Below the pieces are notes generated by a model that saw only the letters and a list, made by a program, of their open reading frames with translations, made no database searches and was not told the DNA's origin. 64,000 nt of DNA from Candidatus Dormiibacterota bacterium (GTDB lineage: Bacteria > Chloroflexota > Dormibacteria > Aeolococcales > Bog-877), in NCBI GenBank assembly GCA_027306655.1, contig DAHUZL010000143.1:10645-74644 (forward strand), read 5' to 3'. Of this stretch, positions 17,901-26,838 are shown one piece after another (positions within the stretch are counted from its first letter, which is position 1; each line of letters begins with the position of its first letter). A program made the position numbers and the translations under genes.

Positions 17901-19031
17901 GTGGGAGGACGCGATGGGCGAGGGAGGCCTGCGGCCGGCAATGGGGCACGCTCCAGAGCGGTGAGCCGCCGGCTCCTCGGCGCTCTGCTGGTCGGCGCCG
18001 CGCTGGCGGTGCCGGTCCGCCCGGTGGCCGCCCGCGCGGCGGGCGCACCGGGATGCCTTCGGGTGACGGTGGCCGCGGTGCCCGTCGGAGCGATCCCGGC
18101 CGGCACCCCGGTCCACCTGCGGGCCGTGGCCCACTGCCGACCGCGATCCCACCCCCGCTTCGCGTTCTTCGTGCGGGCCGGGACGGTCGGGCGGTTCGTG
18201 CTCCTCCGGGGCTGGGGCCGAGCCGCGCTCCGCTGGCGGACCGCGAGCGACTGGCCGGGGACGTGGAGGGTCGCGCTGTGGGTGCGGGCGGGCTCGGGTC
18301 CCGGGGTGACCGCGGCCGCGGGGCTCTCGGTCACGCTGACCGACGGCATCGCCGGCCGGCCCCGGCCCGGCGCGGGCGCTCGGTCGCGTCTGAATCCGGC
18401 CGCCAATGTCGGGCTCGGGCCCGACTTCCGGCGGGTCTGCGCCGAGGCGGGATCGGGATCGCCACGATGTCGGGCCGCGGTGCTGGCCGCGATCGACCGC
18501 GCCCGCGGGGCCGAGGGCCTGCCCGCGCTCCAGCTGCCTCTCGCCGTCGAGCGCCTGACCCCAGCCGAGCTCCTGCTCGTGCTCACCGACGAGGAGCGGA
18601 TCGCGCGGGGCCTGGCCCCGGTCCTCGGGCTCAGCCCCGGGCTCGACGGGGTCGCGGCGGCGGCCGCCCGCCGCGGGGCCGACGTTGGCGTTCCCGCGGC
18701 GGCCGGTCCCGACCGGGTGGTTCAGGGCGGCACCACCTGGGCCCGTGACCTGGGGCCGCTGGCCGCCCTCTACGACTGGATGTACGAGGACGGCGCCGGC
18801 CCGGTCAATCTCGACTGCCCGACCCCGGGCGGCCCGGGCTGCTGGGGGCACCGCGACACGATCCTGCGCCGGGAGCCGGCCGGTCCGTCCGTCTGGCTGG
18901 TGATGGGGGCGGCGCAGGCCCGCTGGCCCCTGACCGGCGGGGTCAGCGACGTCGAGATCGTGGCGGCGGTGCGGGGCCCGCGTCCGCCCCTCCTCTTCAC
19001 GTGGGCCGAGGCGACCCGGCTCGGCTTCTGA
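17901..19031 (+). CDS. Secreted hypothetical protein with Tat-like signal (376 aa)
   Basis: GGGAGG RBS 8 nt upstream of ATG 17901. Long n-region then SRRLLGALLVGAALAVPVRPVAARAAG (twin-arginine-like). Body has no recognisable domain. Alternative GTG at 17961. Confidence 0.55.
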   Translation: MGGRDGRGRPAAGNGARSRAVSRRLLGALLVGAALAVPVRPVAARAAGAPGCLRVTVAAVPVGAIPAGTPVHLRAVAHCRPRSHPRFAFFVRAGTVGRFVLLRGWGRAALRWRTASDWPGTWRVALWVRAGSGPGVTAAAGLSVTLTDGIAGRPRPGAGARSRLNPAANVGLGPDFRRVCAEAGSGSPRCRAAVLAAIDRARGAEGLPALQLPLAVERLTPAELLLVLTDEERIARGLAPVLGLSPGLDGVAAAAARRGADVGVPAAAGPDRVVQGGTTWARDLGPLAALYDWMYEDGAGPVNLDCPTPGGPGCWGHRDTILRREPAGPSVWLVMGAAQARWPLTGGVSDVEIVAAVRGPRPPLLFTWAEATRLGF

Positions 19032-19098
19032 GGCGACCCGGTGGCAGGCCGGCGGTCGAGGTCGCCCGGCCGCACCCGCGGCGCCCCTCGGCGGACGC

Positions 19099-19116
19099 TT
19101 GTATCCATGTATATTT
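19099..19116 (+). promoter_or_regulatory. AT-rich putative promoter/operator upstream of gntR-1 (TTGTATccatgTATATT)
   Basis: Only AT-rich 18-mer in the 19031-19166 spacer. -10-like TATATT at 19110-19115. Confidence 0.3.
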
Positions 19117-19165
19117 GCGTCGCCGATGGAGAGGGACGGGCGGCTCAGGAGGGGTGGGGTGGCGG

Positions 19166-19894
19166 GTGGCTGATCGGGAGCCCATCACGGGCTCGCTGCC
19201 GGGCGCCGCCTGGCCCGGCCGCGTCGAGCGGACCTCGGTCGCCGACGGGGTGTACCTGTCGCTGCGGGATGCGGTGGTGGATGGCCGCCTCGGCCCCGCG
19301 ACCCGCCTCGGCGAGCAGGGGCTGGCGGCGCAGTTCCGCGTGAGCCGCACCCCCGTGCGTCAGGCGCTCCGACGCCTGGAGCAGCGCCGACTGGTGTCCG
19401 CGCTCCCCACCGGCGGCTACCAGGTGACCGCCTGGGGGCCGAGCGATGTGCGCGCCCTCTATCGGGTCCGGGCGGTGCTCGAGTGCCTGGTCGCCGGGGA
19501 GGCGGCAGTGCGCGCCACCTCCGTGGAGGTGGCCGGCCTGACCCGGGCGGCCGAGCGGGCGGGAGCGCCGGCGCTGGGGGACGCGTCGGCCGCGGGGGCC
19601 CGGGGCTTTCACCGGGCGGTGGCACGGGTCGCGGGGATCCAGCTGGCCACCGACCTGCTCGAGGACATCGCCGACCACGAGGACCGCTACCGCCGACAGA
19701 CCGCCGCCGACGCGGACCGGCAGATCCGCGCCCGCGACGAGCATCACCACATCGTGGCCGAGATCCGGGCCGGCGACCGCAACGGCGCGGAGCAGGCGAC
19801 GACCGCTCACCTGGAGGCGGCCGCCGCATTCGCCCTGGCAGTGCTGGCCGGTGACGCCGGCCGGTCTCCGGCGCCGGGAGGGCGCGATGCGTAG
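19166..19894 (+). CDS. GntR-family transcriptional regulator (FadR/FCD subfamily)
   Basis: wHTH (YLSLRDAVVDGRLGPATRLGEQGLAAQFRVSRTPVRQALRRLE) plus all-helical FCD-like C-domain. Start uncertain (GTG 19154 or 19166). Confidence 0.75.
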   Translation: MADREPITGSLPGAAWPGRVERTSVADGVYLSLRDAVVDGRLGPATRLGEQGLAAQFRVSRTPVRQALRRLEQRRLVSALPTGGYQVTAWGPSDVRALYRVRAVLECLVAGEAAVRATSVEVAGLTRAAERAGAPALGDASAAGARGFHRAVARVAGIQLATDLLEDIADHEDRYRRQTAADADRQIRARDEHHHIVAEIRAGDRNGAEQATTAHLEAAAAFALAVLAGDAGRSPAPGGRDA

Positions 19895-21092
19895 TCGCGC
19901 GGACGGCTCCCTGCCCCTCGCCGGTGTGCGCGTCCTCGACCTCGCCACCATGATGGCCGCTCCGGCCACCGCGTGCTACCTGGGCGAGTTCGGGGCCGAC
20001 GTGATCAAGGTGGAGAAGCCGAAGGAGGGCGACCCGCAGCGGGCGTGGGGCACCCGCAAGGGCGGGCAGGCGCTGTTCTGGAAGGCGATCAGCCGCAACA
20101 AGCGGTCGCTCACCCTGGACCTTCGCACCGCCGACGGCGCCGACATCCTCCGCCGGCTGGTGCCCACCGCTGACGTCGTCATCGCCAACTTCCGCCCCGG
20201 CACCCTCGAGGCGTGGGGCCTCGGGTATGACGACCTCGCCGGTCTCAATCCCGGGCTGGTGATGCTGGAGGTGTCGGCATTCGGCCGCCGCGGCGCGCTG
20301 GCACGGCGGCCGGGGTTCGGCACCCTGGCGGAGGCGCGCTCCGGGTTCGCCCATCTCAACGGCGACCCCGCGGGGCCGCCCACTCTGCCCAACATGGGCT
20401 TGGCCGACGGGGTGGCGGGGGTCATGGGGGCGTTCGCGGTGATGGTGGCGCTCTACCACCGCGACCGCGGTGACGGCCTCGGCCAGCGCATCGACCTCAA
20501 CCTCTGCGACCCGGTGCTCCGGCTGCTGGAGCCGTCGCTCCTGGACTGGGACCAGCTCCGGATGCGCGGGGAGCGCACCGGCAGCCGCAGCGTCCACGTG
20601 GCGCCCCGGAACGTCTACCGCTGCGGCGACAACCGCTGGGTGGCGCTGTCGGCCAGTGCGCCTTCGATCGTGCGGCGGGTCTTCGCCGCGATCGGTCGGC
20701 CCGAGCTGGCCGACGACGCCCGCTTCGCCACCAACGAGGCGCGGCTTGCCCACACGGAGGAGCTGGACCGGATCCTGGCAACCTGGATGGCTGCGCGGCC
20801 GTCCGCGGAGGTGATCGAGGAGATGGAGCGAGCCCAGGCCGCGGTCGGACCGGTCCACGATATCCCCGAGGTGATGGCGGACGCCAACGCCCAGGACCGG
20901 GAGGCGTTCGTGACGGTCCTCGACCCGGACCTGGGGCCGATGCGGCTCGTCAATGTCGCCGCGCGGCTGAGCCGGACCCCGGGCGTCGTGCGCCACACCG
21001 GCCCCCGCCTGGGCGCCCACACCGAGGAGATCCTCGCCGAGCTGGGGCTCCTCGATCGCCTCGAGTCGCTGCGGGCCGCCGGGGTCGTGTGA
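19887..21092 (+). CDS. Class-III (CaiB/BaiF/Frc) CoA-transferase
   Basis: LAGVRVLDLATMMAAPATACYLGEFGADVIKVEKP... is the characteristic family-III N-terminus. Conserved DLNL..DP and ARLSRTPG near the C-terminus. ATG overlaps the gntR stop (ATGCGTAG). Confidence 0.85.
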   Translation: MRSRADGSLPLAGVRVLDLATMMAAPATACYLGEFGADVIKVEKPKEGDPQRAWGTRKGGQALFWKAISRNKRSLTLDLRTADGADILRRLVPTADVVIANFRPGTLEAWGLGYDDLAGLNPGLVMLEVSAFGRRGALARRPGFGTLAEARSGFAHLNGDPAGPPTLPNMGLADGVAGVMGAFAVMVALYHRDRGDGLGQRIDLNLCDPVLRLLEPSLLDWDQLRMRGERTGSRSVHVAPRNVYRCGDNRWVALSASAPSIVRRVFAAIGRPELADDARFATNEARLAHTEELDRILATWMAARPSAEVIEEMERAQAAVGPVHDIPEVMADANAQDREAFVTVLDPDLGPMRLVNVAARLSRTPGVVRHTGPRLGAHTEEILAELGLLDRLESLRAAGVV

Positions 21093-21982
21093 TGGGCACC
21101 CCGCTGCGCAGCCTCCTCTTCGCCCCCGCCATCCACGACCGCCACAGCCGCAAGGCGCTCGGCTCGTCCGCCGACGCCGCCATCCTCGACCTGGAGGACG
21201 CCGTCGCTGAGGCGGACAAGCCCGCGGCGCGGCAGGCCGCCGGGGCGCTCCTGCGTGAGCGAGACCCCAGAGGTCCGCTGGCGCTGGTGCGGATCAACGC
21301 GCTCGCGACCGTCCATGCCCACCCCGACCTCCTCCATGTGGTGGGACCGGGGTTGGGGGGGATCGTCCTCCCCAAGGCGGAGTCGGCCGCCGACGTCACC
21401 GTGCTGGCGTGGATGCTGGAGCAGCTGGAGCGGGAGCGCGGGCTGGCCCCGGGGACGGTGGCGATCCTGCCGATCGTCGAGACCGCCCGCGGGGTCACCG
21501 ACGCCGCCGCGATCGCGGCCGCGTCCCCACGGGTGCGGACGCTCAACTTCGGGGTCGGCGACTTCACCCTCGACACCGGGATGGCCCCGGAGCGCGACAA
21601 CCCCGGTGTCCTCTGGGCCCGCACCCGGGTGGTGGTGGCCTGCCGGGTCGCCGGGGTGGAGGCCCCGGTGGACACCGCCCACCTCACCCTGGACGATCCC
21701 GAGGGGCTGGAGCACGAGGCGCAGATGGCGCGCCGGCTGGGCTTCCAGGGCAAGGCGTGCATCCACCCCGACCAGGTGGCGGTGGCGAACCGCGTCTTCG
21801 CCCCCACCCCGGACGAGGTGGCCCGGGCCCGAGCGATCGTGGACGGCTTCGCGGCGGCCGGCGCGGCCGGGGTGGCGGCGCTGCGGGTGGGGTCGGACTT
21901 CGTCGACCGACCGATCGCGGCTCGGGCCGAGCGCACCCTCGCGCTGGCCCGAGCCGTCGCCGCCGGGGAGCGGGATCGGTGA
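21092..21982 (+). CDS. HpcH/HpaI aldolase / CitE-like (acyl-CoA lyase beta-chain family)
   Basis: RSLLFAPA...ILDLEDAV...LVRINAL: citrate-lyase beta / malyl-CoA / citramalyl-CoA lyase family. Start ATG 21092 (or GTG 21089), coupled to upstream stop (TGATG). Confidence 0.8.
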   Translation: MGTPLRSLLFAPAIHDRHSRKALGSSADAAILDLEDAVAEADKPAARQAAGALLRERDPRGPLALVRINALATVHAHPDLLHVVGPGLGGIVLPKAESAADVTVLAWMLEQLERERGLAPGTVAILPIVETARGVTDAAAIAAASPRVRTLNFGVGDFTLDTGMAPERDNPGVLWARTRVVVACRVAGVEAPVDTAHLTLDDPEGLEHEAQMARRLGFQGKACIHPDQVAVANRVFAPTPDEVARARAIVDGFAAAGAAGVAALRVGSDFVDRPIAARAERTLALARAVAAGERDR

Positions 21983-22854
21983 CGATCTTCTGGCTCTCGG
22001 TGGGGTTCGGCCTGGTCACCGCCTCGGTGCTGGCGCTGGCCTCGGTCGGGCTCAGCCTGCAGTTCGGCGTCACCAACTACGTCAACTTCGCCTACGGTGC
22101 CTTCCTCACCCTGGGCGCCTACTTCGCCTGGACGGTGCTCACCGGGGGCCATCTGCCGCTGGGCCTGGCGATCGTGATCGGCGCCCTCGGCGTGGGTGTC
22201 GTGGGGGTGCTCTGCGACCGGATCGTCTTCCGCTCCTTCACCCGCAGCGGGTTCCCGCTCTTCTACCTGCTCATCGTCAGCTTCGGGGTGAGCCTGATCC
22301 TTGGCAACGTGGTCCAGGGCGTGTGGGGACCGAGCCCGCAGTTCTTCGCGGTGGTGTCGCAGTTCCCGCTCCACATCGGGCCGTTCCTGCTCACCCCGGC
22401 GCAGCTGGTGATCATCGGGGTGGCGATCGTGAGCATGGTGGGTGTCCACCTCCTGCTCACCCGCACCCGCCTGGGCAAGGCGATGCGGGCGATGTCGGAC
22501 AATCCCGCCCTGGCCCAGGTCAGCGGCATCGACATCAACCGGGTCACCACCTGGGCCTGGTTCATCAGCGGGAGCCTGGCCGGTCTCGCCGGCATCGCCC
22601 TCGCCATCAGCACCGCCAGCTTCGAGCCCGGATTCGGCGAGAACTTCCTCTTCACCATCTTCGCGGCGGTGATCGTGGGCGGAATCGGACAGCCCTACGG
22701 GGCGATGCTGGGCGCCTTCCTGATCGGGATGGTGACCGAGGTGTCGGCGGCCTTCATCGACCCCTCCTACAGCACCGACCTCGCCTTCGTCGTGCTGATC
22801 GTGATGCTGCTGCTCCGGCCCCAGGGGCTGATCCCGGCGCGGGGGAAGGCGTAG
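21979..22854 (+). CDS. livH: Branched-chain amino acid ABC transporter permease (LivH type)
   Basis: 8-10 TM helices, conserved MRAMSDNPALAQVSGIDINR and EP..GENFLFTIFAAVIVGGIGQPYGAMLGAF. GTGA overlap with upstream gene. Confidence 0.85.
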   Translation: MTIFWLSVGFGLVTASVLALASVGLSLQFGVTNYVNFAYGAFLTLGAYFAWTVLTGGHLPLGLAIVIGALGVGVVGVLCDRIVFRSFTRSGFPLFYLLIVSFGVSLILGNVVQGVWGPSPQFFAVVSQFPLHIGPFLLTPAQLVIIGVAIVSMVGVHLLLTRTRLGKAMRAMSDNPALAQVSGIDINRVTTWAWFISGSLAGLAGIALAISTASFEPGFGENFLFTIFAAVIVGGIGQPYGAMLGAFLIGMVTEVSAAFIDPSYSTDLAFVVLIVMLLLRPQGLIPARGKA

Positions 22855-23850
22855 ATGGCGGCCATCGTCTTCTACCTCGCCACCGTCGTCAACTACTTCT
22901 TCATCTACAACATCCTCGCCTGGGGGCTGAACATCCAGTTCGGCTACGCCGGCATCCTCGACTTCACCTACATCACCTTCATGGCGGTGGGCGCGTACGT
23001 CGCCGGGGTCACGTCGCTGGGACCGCAGCAGCCCGGCACCGGCGTCGTCTACATCCTCGGCTGGCACCTGCCCTTCCCGATCCCGATCCTGCTGGGGGGG
23101 CTGGCGGCCGCGGTCCTCGGCCTCATCGTCGGGCTGCTCGCGATCAACCGCCTGCGCAGCGACTACCTGGCGATCGTGACCCTGTCGGTGGGGATCATCC
23201 TCTACAGCCTGGTGGGCAACCTGACCGGCCTCTTCGACGGCTTCGACGGGCTGGTCGGGGTGCCCGAACCGCTCAACGGCCAGGTCCACCTCGGCGTCAA
23301 CACCTACAGCATCTTTTACATGGCGGTGAGCGGCGCGGTGATGCTGCTGCTCTGGTTCTTCGCCCAGCGGCTGCGGGCGTCGCCGCTGGGGCGGACGATG
23401 CGGGCGATTCGTGAGGACGTCGACGTGGCCGAGGCCTTTGGCAAGAACACCTTCCGGATCCGGCTTTCGGCGATGGTGATCGGCTGTTTCTACGCCGGGG
23501 TCGGCGGGGCCCTCCTGATCGGATTCGTGGGCGCCTTCAGCCCCGACGGCTGGTCGACCCAGGAGACCTTCATCATCTGGGCGATCCTCCTCATCGGCGG
23601 CCGCGGCAACAACTGGGGATCGGTGGTCGGCTCCTTCCTCGTCATCGCCCTGCTCTCCGAGGCCACCCGCTACCTCCCCACCATCCCCAACAACGCCTTC
23701 CTGGAGCCGGCCCTGCGCAACATCGTGATCGGGGCCGGGCTGATCGTGGTGCTTCGCTTCCGGCCGCAGGGGATCCTGCCCGAGCGCAAGGCGCACTTCC
23801 CCGAGATTCGCACCGCGGCCGCGCAAGCGGGGGACCCCGGTCGTGACTGA
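22855..23850 (+). CDS. livM: Branched-chain amino acid ABC transporter permease (LivM type)
   Basis: Hydrophobic, conserved LGRTMRAIREDVDVAEAFGKNTFRIRL and AILLIGGRGNNWGSVVGSF. ATG immediately after livH stop. Confidence 0.85.
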   Translation: MAAIVFYLATVVNYFFIYNILAWGLNIQFGYAGILDFTYITFMAVGAYVAGVTSLGPQQPGTGVVYILGWHLPFPIPILLGGLAAAVLGLIVGLLAINRLRSDYLAIVTLSVGIILYSLVGNLTGLFDGFDGLVGVPEPLNGQVHLGVNTYSIFYMAVSGAVMLLLWFFAQRLRASPLGRTMRAIREDVDVAEAFGKNTFRIRLSAMVIGCFYAGVGGALLIGFVGAFSPDGWSTQETFIIWAILLIGGRGNNWGSVVGSFLVIALLSEATRYLPTIPNNAFLEPALRNIVIGAGLIVVLRFRPQGILPERKAHFPEIRTAAAQAGDPGRD

Positions 23851-24631
23851 CGCCCCGATCCTGGAGGTGGAGAATGTCGCCCGCCACTTCGGCGGGCTCA
23901 AGGCCGTCGACGGCTGCAGCTTCAGCCTCCAGCCGGGGATGCTGGCCGCCCTGATCGGCCCCAACGGCGCCGGCAAGACCACCCTGGTCAACCTGGTGGC
24001 GGGAGCGCTGCCGCTCCATGCCGGCCGGATCCGCTTCCAGGGCACCGACATCAGCGGCTGGTCACCCCACCGGATCGCGGCCCAGGGTCTGGTGCGGACC
24101 TTCCAGATCTCGCGGGAGTGGCCCCGGCTGACGGTGCTGGAGAACCTCCTGGTGGCGGCCCCGGGTCAGCAGGGCGAACGGATCTGGAACGCCCTCCTGC
24201 GGCCCGGCCTCGGCCGCGCCGATGACCGCCGGCTGGTGGCGGAGGCGCTCGACACCCTCGACACCTTCGGCCTCTACGCGATGCGCAACGAGTACGCGGT
24301 GACCCTGAGCGGCGGCCAGAAGCGGCTCCTGGAGCTGGCCCGTGCGGTCATGAGCCACCCCCGGATGCTGCTCCTGGACGAGCCGATGGCGGGGGTGAAC
24401 CCCGCCCTCACCGACCAGCTGGCGCACCACATCGAGGCGCTCCGCCAGGGCGGCATCACCTTCCTCCTGGTCGAGCACAACCTGGAGTTCGTGGAGCGCA
24501 GCTGCGACCACGTGGTGGTGATGGCCCTGGGCCGGACCCTGGCCACCGGGCTGATGGCGGACCTCCGCCAGAACCCGGAGGTGGTGGGCGCCTACCTTGG
24601 AGGCGAGAGCGTTGAGCGCGTTGCAGGCTGA
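23843..24631 (+). CDS. livG: ABC transporter ATP-binding protein (LivG type)
   Basis: Walker A GPNGAGKTT, signature LSGGQKRLLELARA, Walker B LLLDEP, H-loop. GTG start overlapping livM stop. Confidence 0.9.
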   Translation: MTDAPILEVENVARHFGGLKAVDGCSFSLQPGMLAALIGPNGAGKTTLVNLVAGALPLHAGRIRFQGTDISGWSPHRIAAQGLVRTFQISREWPRLTVLENLLVAAPGQQGERIWNALLRPGLGRADDRRLVAEALDTLDTFGLYAMRNEYAVTLSGGQKRLLELARAVMSHPRMLLLDEPMAGVNPALTDQLAHHIEALRQGGITFLLVEHNLEFVERSCDHVVVMALGRTLATGLMADLRQNPEVVGAYLGGESVERVAG

Positions 24632-25361
24632 GGGGCTGACGACCGGGTACGGGTCGGTCCCGGTGGTGTCGAACGTGTCGATGGAGGCCCGCAGCGGGGA
24701 GGTGGTGGTCCTGGTCGGGCCCAACGGCGCCGGCAAGTCGACCTTCCTCAAGGGGCTCTTCGGCCTCCTCCGCCACACCACGGGCCGGGTGGTGGTGGAC
24801 GGACGGGACGTCAGTGGCTGGCCGCCCCACCGGATCGCCCGCTGCGGGATGGCCTACGTGCCCCAGGTGAGCAACATCTTCCCCACCATGTCGGTGGTGG
24901 AGAACCTGGAGATCGGCGGCTTCGCGTCGGGGGGGGACGTGCGCCAGCGGATCGACGAGGTGCTGGCGATCTTCCCCGACCTCGCTCGCAGCCCCCGGGC
25001 CAAGGCCGGCAGCCTCAGCGGCGGCCAGCAGAACATCCTCGGGATGGCCCGCTCGCTGATGCTGTCGCCCAAGGTCGTGCTCCTGGACGAGCCCACCGCC
25101 GGGCTGGCCCCCCGCTATGTCGGCACCGTCTGGGAGCAGGTCGGCCGGTTGTCCACCGCCGGGACCGCGGTGATGGTGGTGGAGCAGAACGTGGAGCTGG
25201 CGATGCGCCACAGCGACCGGGTGTACGTGCTGGTGGCGGGGCGGGTGCGTCTCCACGGCACCCCCGAGGAGATCCGCCGTCACGATCTCACGGCCCTCTT
25301 CCTCGGCGGCGGCGCGACCCCCTCCGCCGAGGTGGGCGAACAGTCGATGCGATCGGTCTAG
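24612..25361 (+). CDS. livF: ABC transporter ATP-binding protein (LivF type)
   Basis: Walker A GPNGAGKST, LSGGQQNILGMARS, LLLDEP. Start ambiguous (TTG at 24597, 24612 or 24621; GGAGG at 24599-24603). Confidence 0.8.
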   Translation: MSALQAEGLTTGYGSVPVVSNVSMEARSGEVVVLVGPNGAGKSTFLKGLFGLLRHTTGRVVVDGRDVSGWPPHRIARCGMAYVPQVSNIFPTMSVVENLEIGGFASGGDVRQRIDEVLAIFPDLARSPRAKAGSLSGGQQNILGMARSLMLSPKVVLLDEPTAGLAPRYVGTVWEQVGRLSTAGTAVMVVEQNVELAMRHSDRVYVLVAGRVRLHGTPEEIRRHDLTALFLGGGATPSAEVGEQSMRSV

Positions 25362-25426
25362 TCAGGGAAGGGCCGGGCCAGGCCGGGATCCCCCGGCCGC
25401 CGGCTGCACATGAAGGAGGAGACCAG

Positions 25427-26689
25427 GTGAGAGCAAAGCGGGCGACGGCCGTCCTGGGGGCGGTCGCCGCGACCATCGTGCTGACCGCGCTGGGCGGGGC
25501 AGCTGCGGCGCGGGCGCCGCGGGCGCACACGTTCACGGGCACCCTCACGGTGGGGGAGCTGATGCCGATGTCGGGGGCGGAGGCGTTCGTGGGGCAGTGG
25601 TTCACCCATGGCGCGGCCGCCGGGATCCGGGCGGTCAACAACGCCGGCGGGGTGATGGGCCTCAAGCTGACCAGCGTCCTGGAGGACACCGCCGGCGACC
25701 CGGTCGACGCGGTGCCGGCGTTCCACGCCCTCCTCACCCACAACCCCAACTTCGTGGTGGGGCCGTCGTCGCTGGAGATCCTCGCCGTCATCAAGTACTT
25801 CCGGGCCTCCAACCTGCCCGACTTCATGGAGGGCGGCACCACCGCGCTCGACCACATGAACTACCCGTACGTGTTCCGGATGTTCCCGTCCGACAGCAGC
25901 CTGCTCGCCAGCGAGGCCTACTACGCGCTCCACGTGCTGGGCTGCCGGCGCGCCGGCCTGATGTACGAGGACTCCACCAACGCCCAGGATGAGGTGCCGC
26001 CGCTGGTGGCGGCCTACACCGGCAACGGGGGCAAGATCGTGGCCAACCTCAAGCTGGAGCCCAACGCCACCTCCTACCTGACCGAGGTGGCCGACGTCTT
26101 CGCCCAGCACCCGCAGTGCGTCTTCTTCCACGCCACCCCGGCGGAGATGAGCACGCTCTCAGGCAACCTCCAGGAGGAGGGACACCTCAACGTCCATTTC
26201 ATCACCGGTGACACCGGGACCGCGATCCAGCTGGCCCAGGCGATGGGTCTCAAGTTCGCCTCCAAGTGGCTGACCGGGATGACCGGGGGCTCGGTGGACG
26301 CCCCCGCCTACAAGGCCTTCATCAGCGCCTACCAGCAGGTCTGGCACACCACCAAGCCGCTGCCGGCGACCGAGGCGATGTACGACGCGGTGGTGGTGCC
26401 CGCGCTGGCGATCACCCTGGCTGGGACCACCAATGCCCGGGTCTGGGTCAAGGACGTGACCCGGGTCAGCAACCCCCCCGGGACCCCCTGCTACACCTAT
26501 CCCAGCTGCGTCGCCCTGATCAACGCCCACCGCAAGATCAACTACCAGGGCGCCGGCAGCAACGTGGACTTCAACCGCTACCACAACGTCTTCACCCCAC
26601 TCACCGTGGAGGGGTGGACCAGCTCCGGCCGGCTCCGCACGATCTACACCGTGACCACCAACCAGCAGGCGCTGATGTACCGGCACTGA
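25427..26689 (+). CDS. ABC transporter periplasmic substrate-binding protein (Peripla_BP_6 / LivK-like)
   Basis: Signal peptide (MRAKRATAVLGAVAATIVLTALGGAAAA). Type-I PBP fold motifs (GAVNNAGGVMG, FVVGPSSLE). GTG start after GAAGGAGGA RBS. Confidence 0.75.
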   Translation: MRAKRATAVLGAVAATIVLTALGGAAAARAPRAHTFTGTLTVGELMPMSGAEAFVGQWFTHGAAAGIRAVNNAGGVMGLKLTSVLEDTAGDPVDAVPAFHALLTHNPNFVVGPSSLEILAVIKYFRASNLPDFMEGGTTALDHMNYPYVFRMFPSDSSLLASEAYYALHVLGCRRAGLMYEDSTNAQDEVPPLVAAYTGNGGKIVANLKLEPNATSYLTEVADVFAQHPQCVFFHATPAEMSTLSGNLQEEGHLNVHFITGDTGTAIQLAQAMGLKFASKWLTGMTGGSVDAPAYKAFISAYQQVWHTTKPLPATEAMYDAVVVPALAITLAGTTNARVWVKDVTRVSNPPGTPCYTYPSCVALINAHRKINYQGAGSNVDFNRYHNVFTPLTVEGWTSSGRLRTIYTVTTNQQALMYRH

Positions 26690-26791
26690 GTGCCAGGCGG
26701 GGCGATCCTCGCCCAGGAGGGCGGCCACGCGGCCGCCCTCCCGACCGCCCCCGCCGGCGCCCAGCCCGAGCGCGGACGCACCCGGGCGGTG

Positions 26792-26801
26792 TGGTATACC
26801 A
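26792..26801 (+). promoter_or_regulatory. Perfect palindrome TGGTATACCA: candidate GntR(FadR-type) operator
   Basis: 10-bp perfect inverted repeat fitting t.GT-n-AC.a operators of FadR-subfamily GntR regulators. 38 nt upstream of the HMGL-like gene, which is coupled to gntR-2. Confidence 0.4.
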
Positions 26802-26838
26802 GCGTTGCGGTGGCGGCAGTGACAGGGGGCGCGCACAG

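Noticed and set aside
17961-19031. Alternative GTG start for the Tat-type secreted protein
   Set aside because: ATG 17901 has a GGGAGG RBS at ideal spacing and a plausible -10 upstream. The longer n-region is compatible with Tat signals. Kept as the less likely alternative.
20950-24051. 1033-aa minus-strand ORF antisense to the CitE/livH/livM/livG genes
   Set aside because: Same GC-driven artefact. Arg/Pro/Gly-rich low-complexity translation. The sense-strand genes have strong family signatures.
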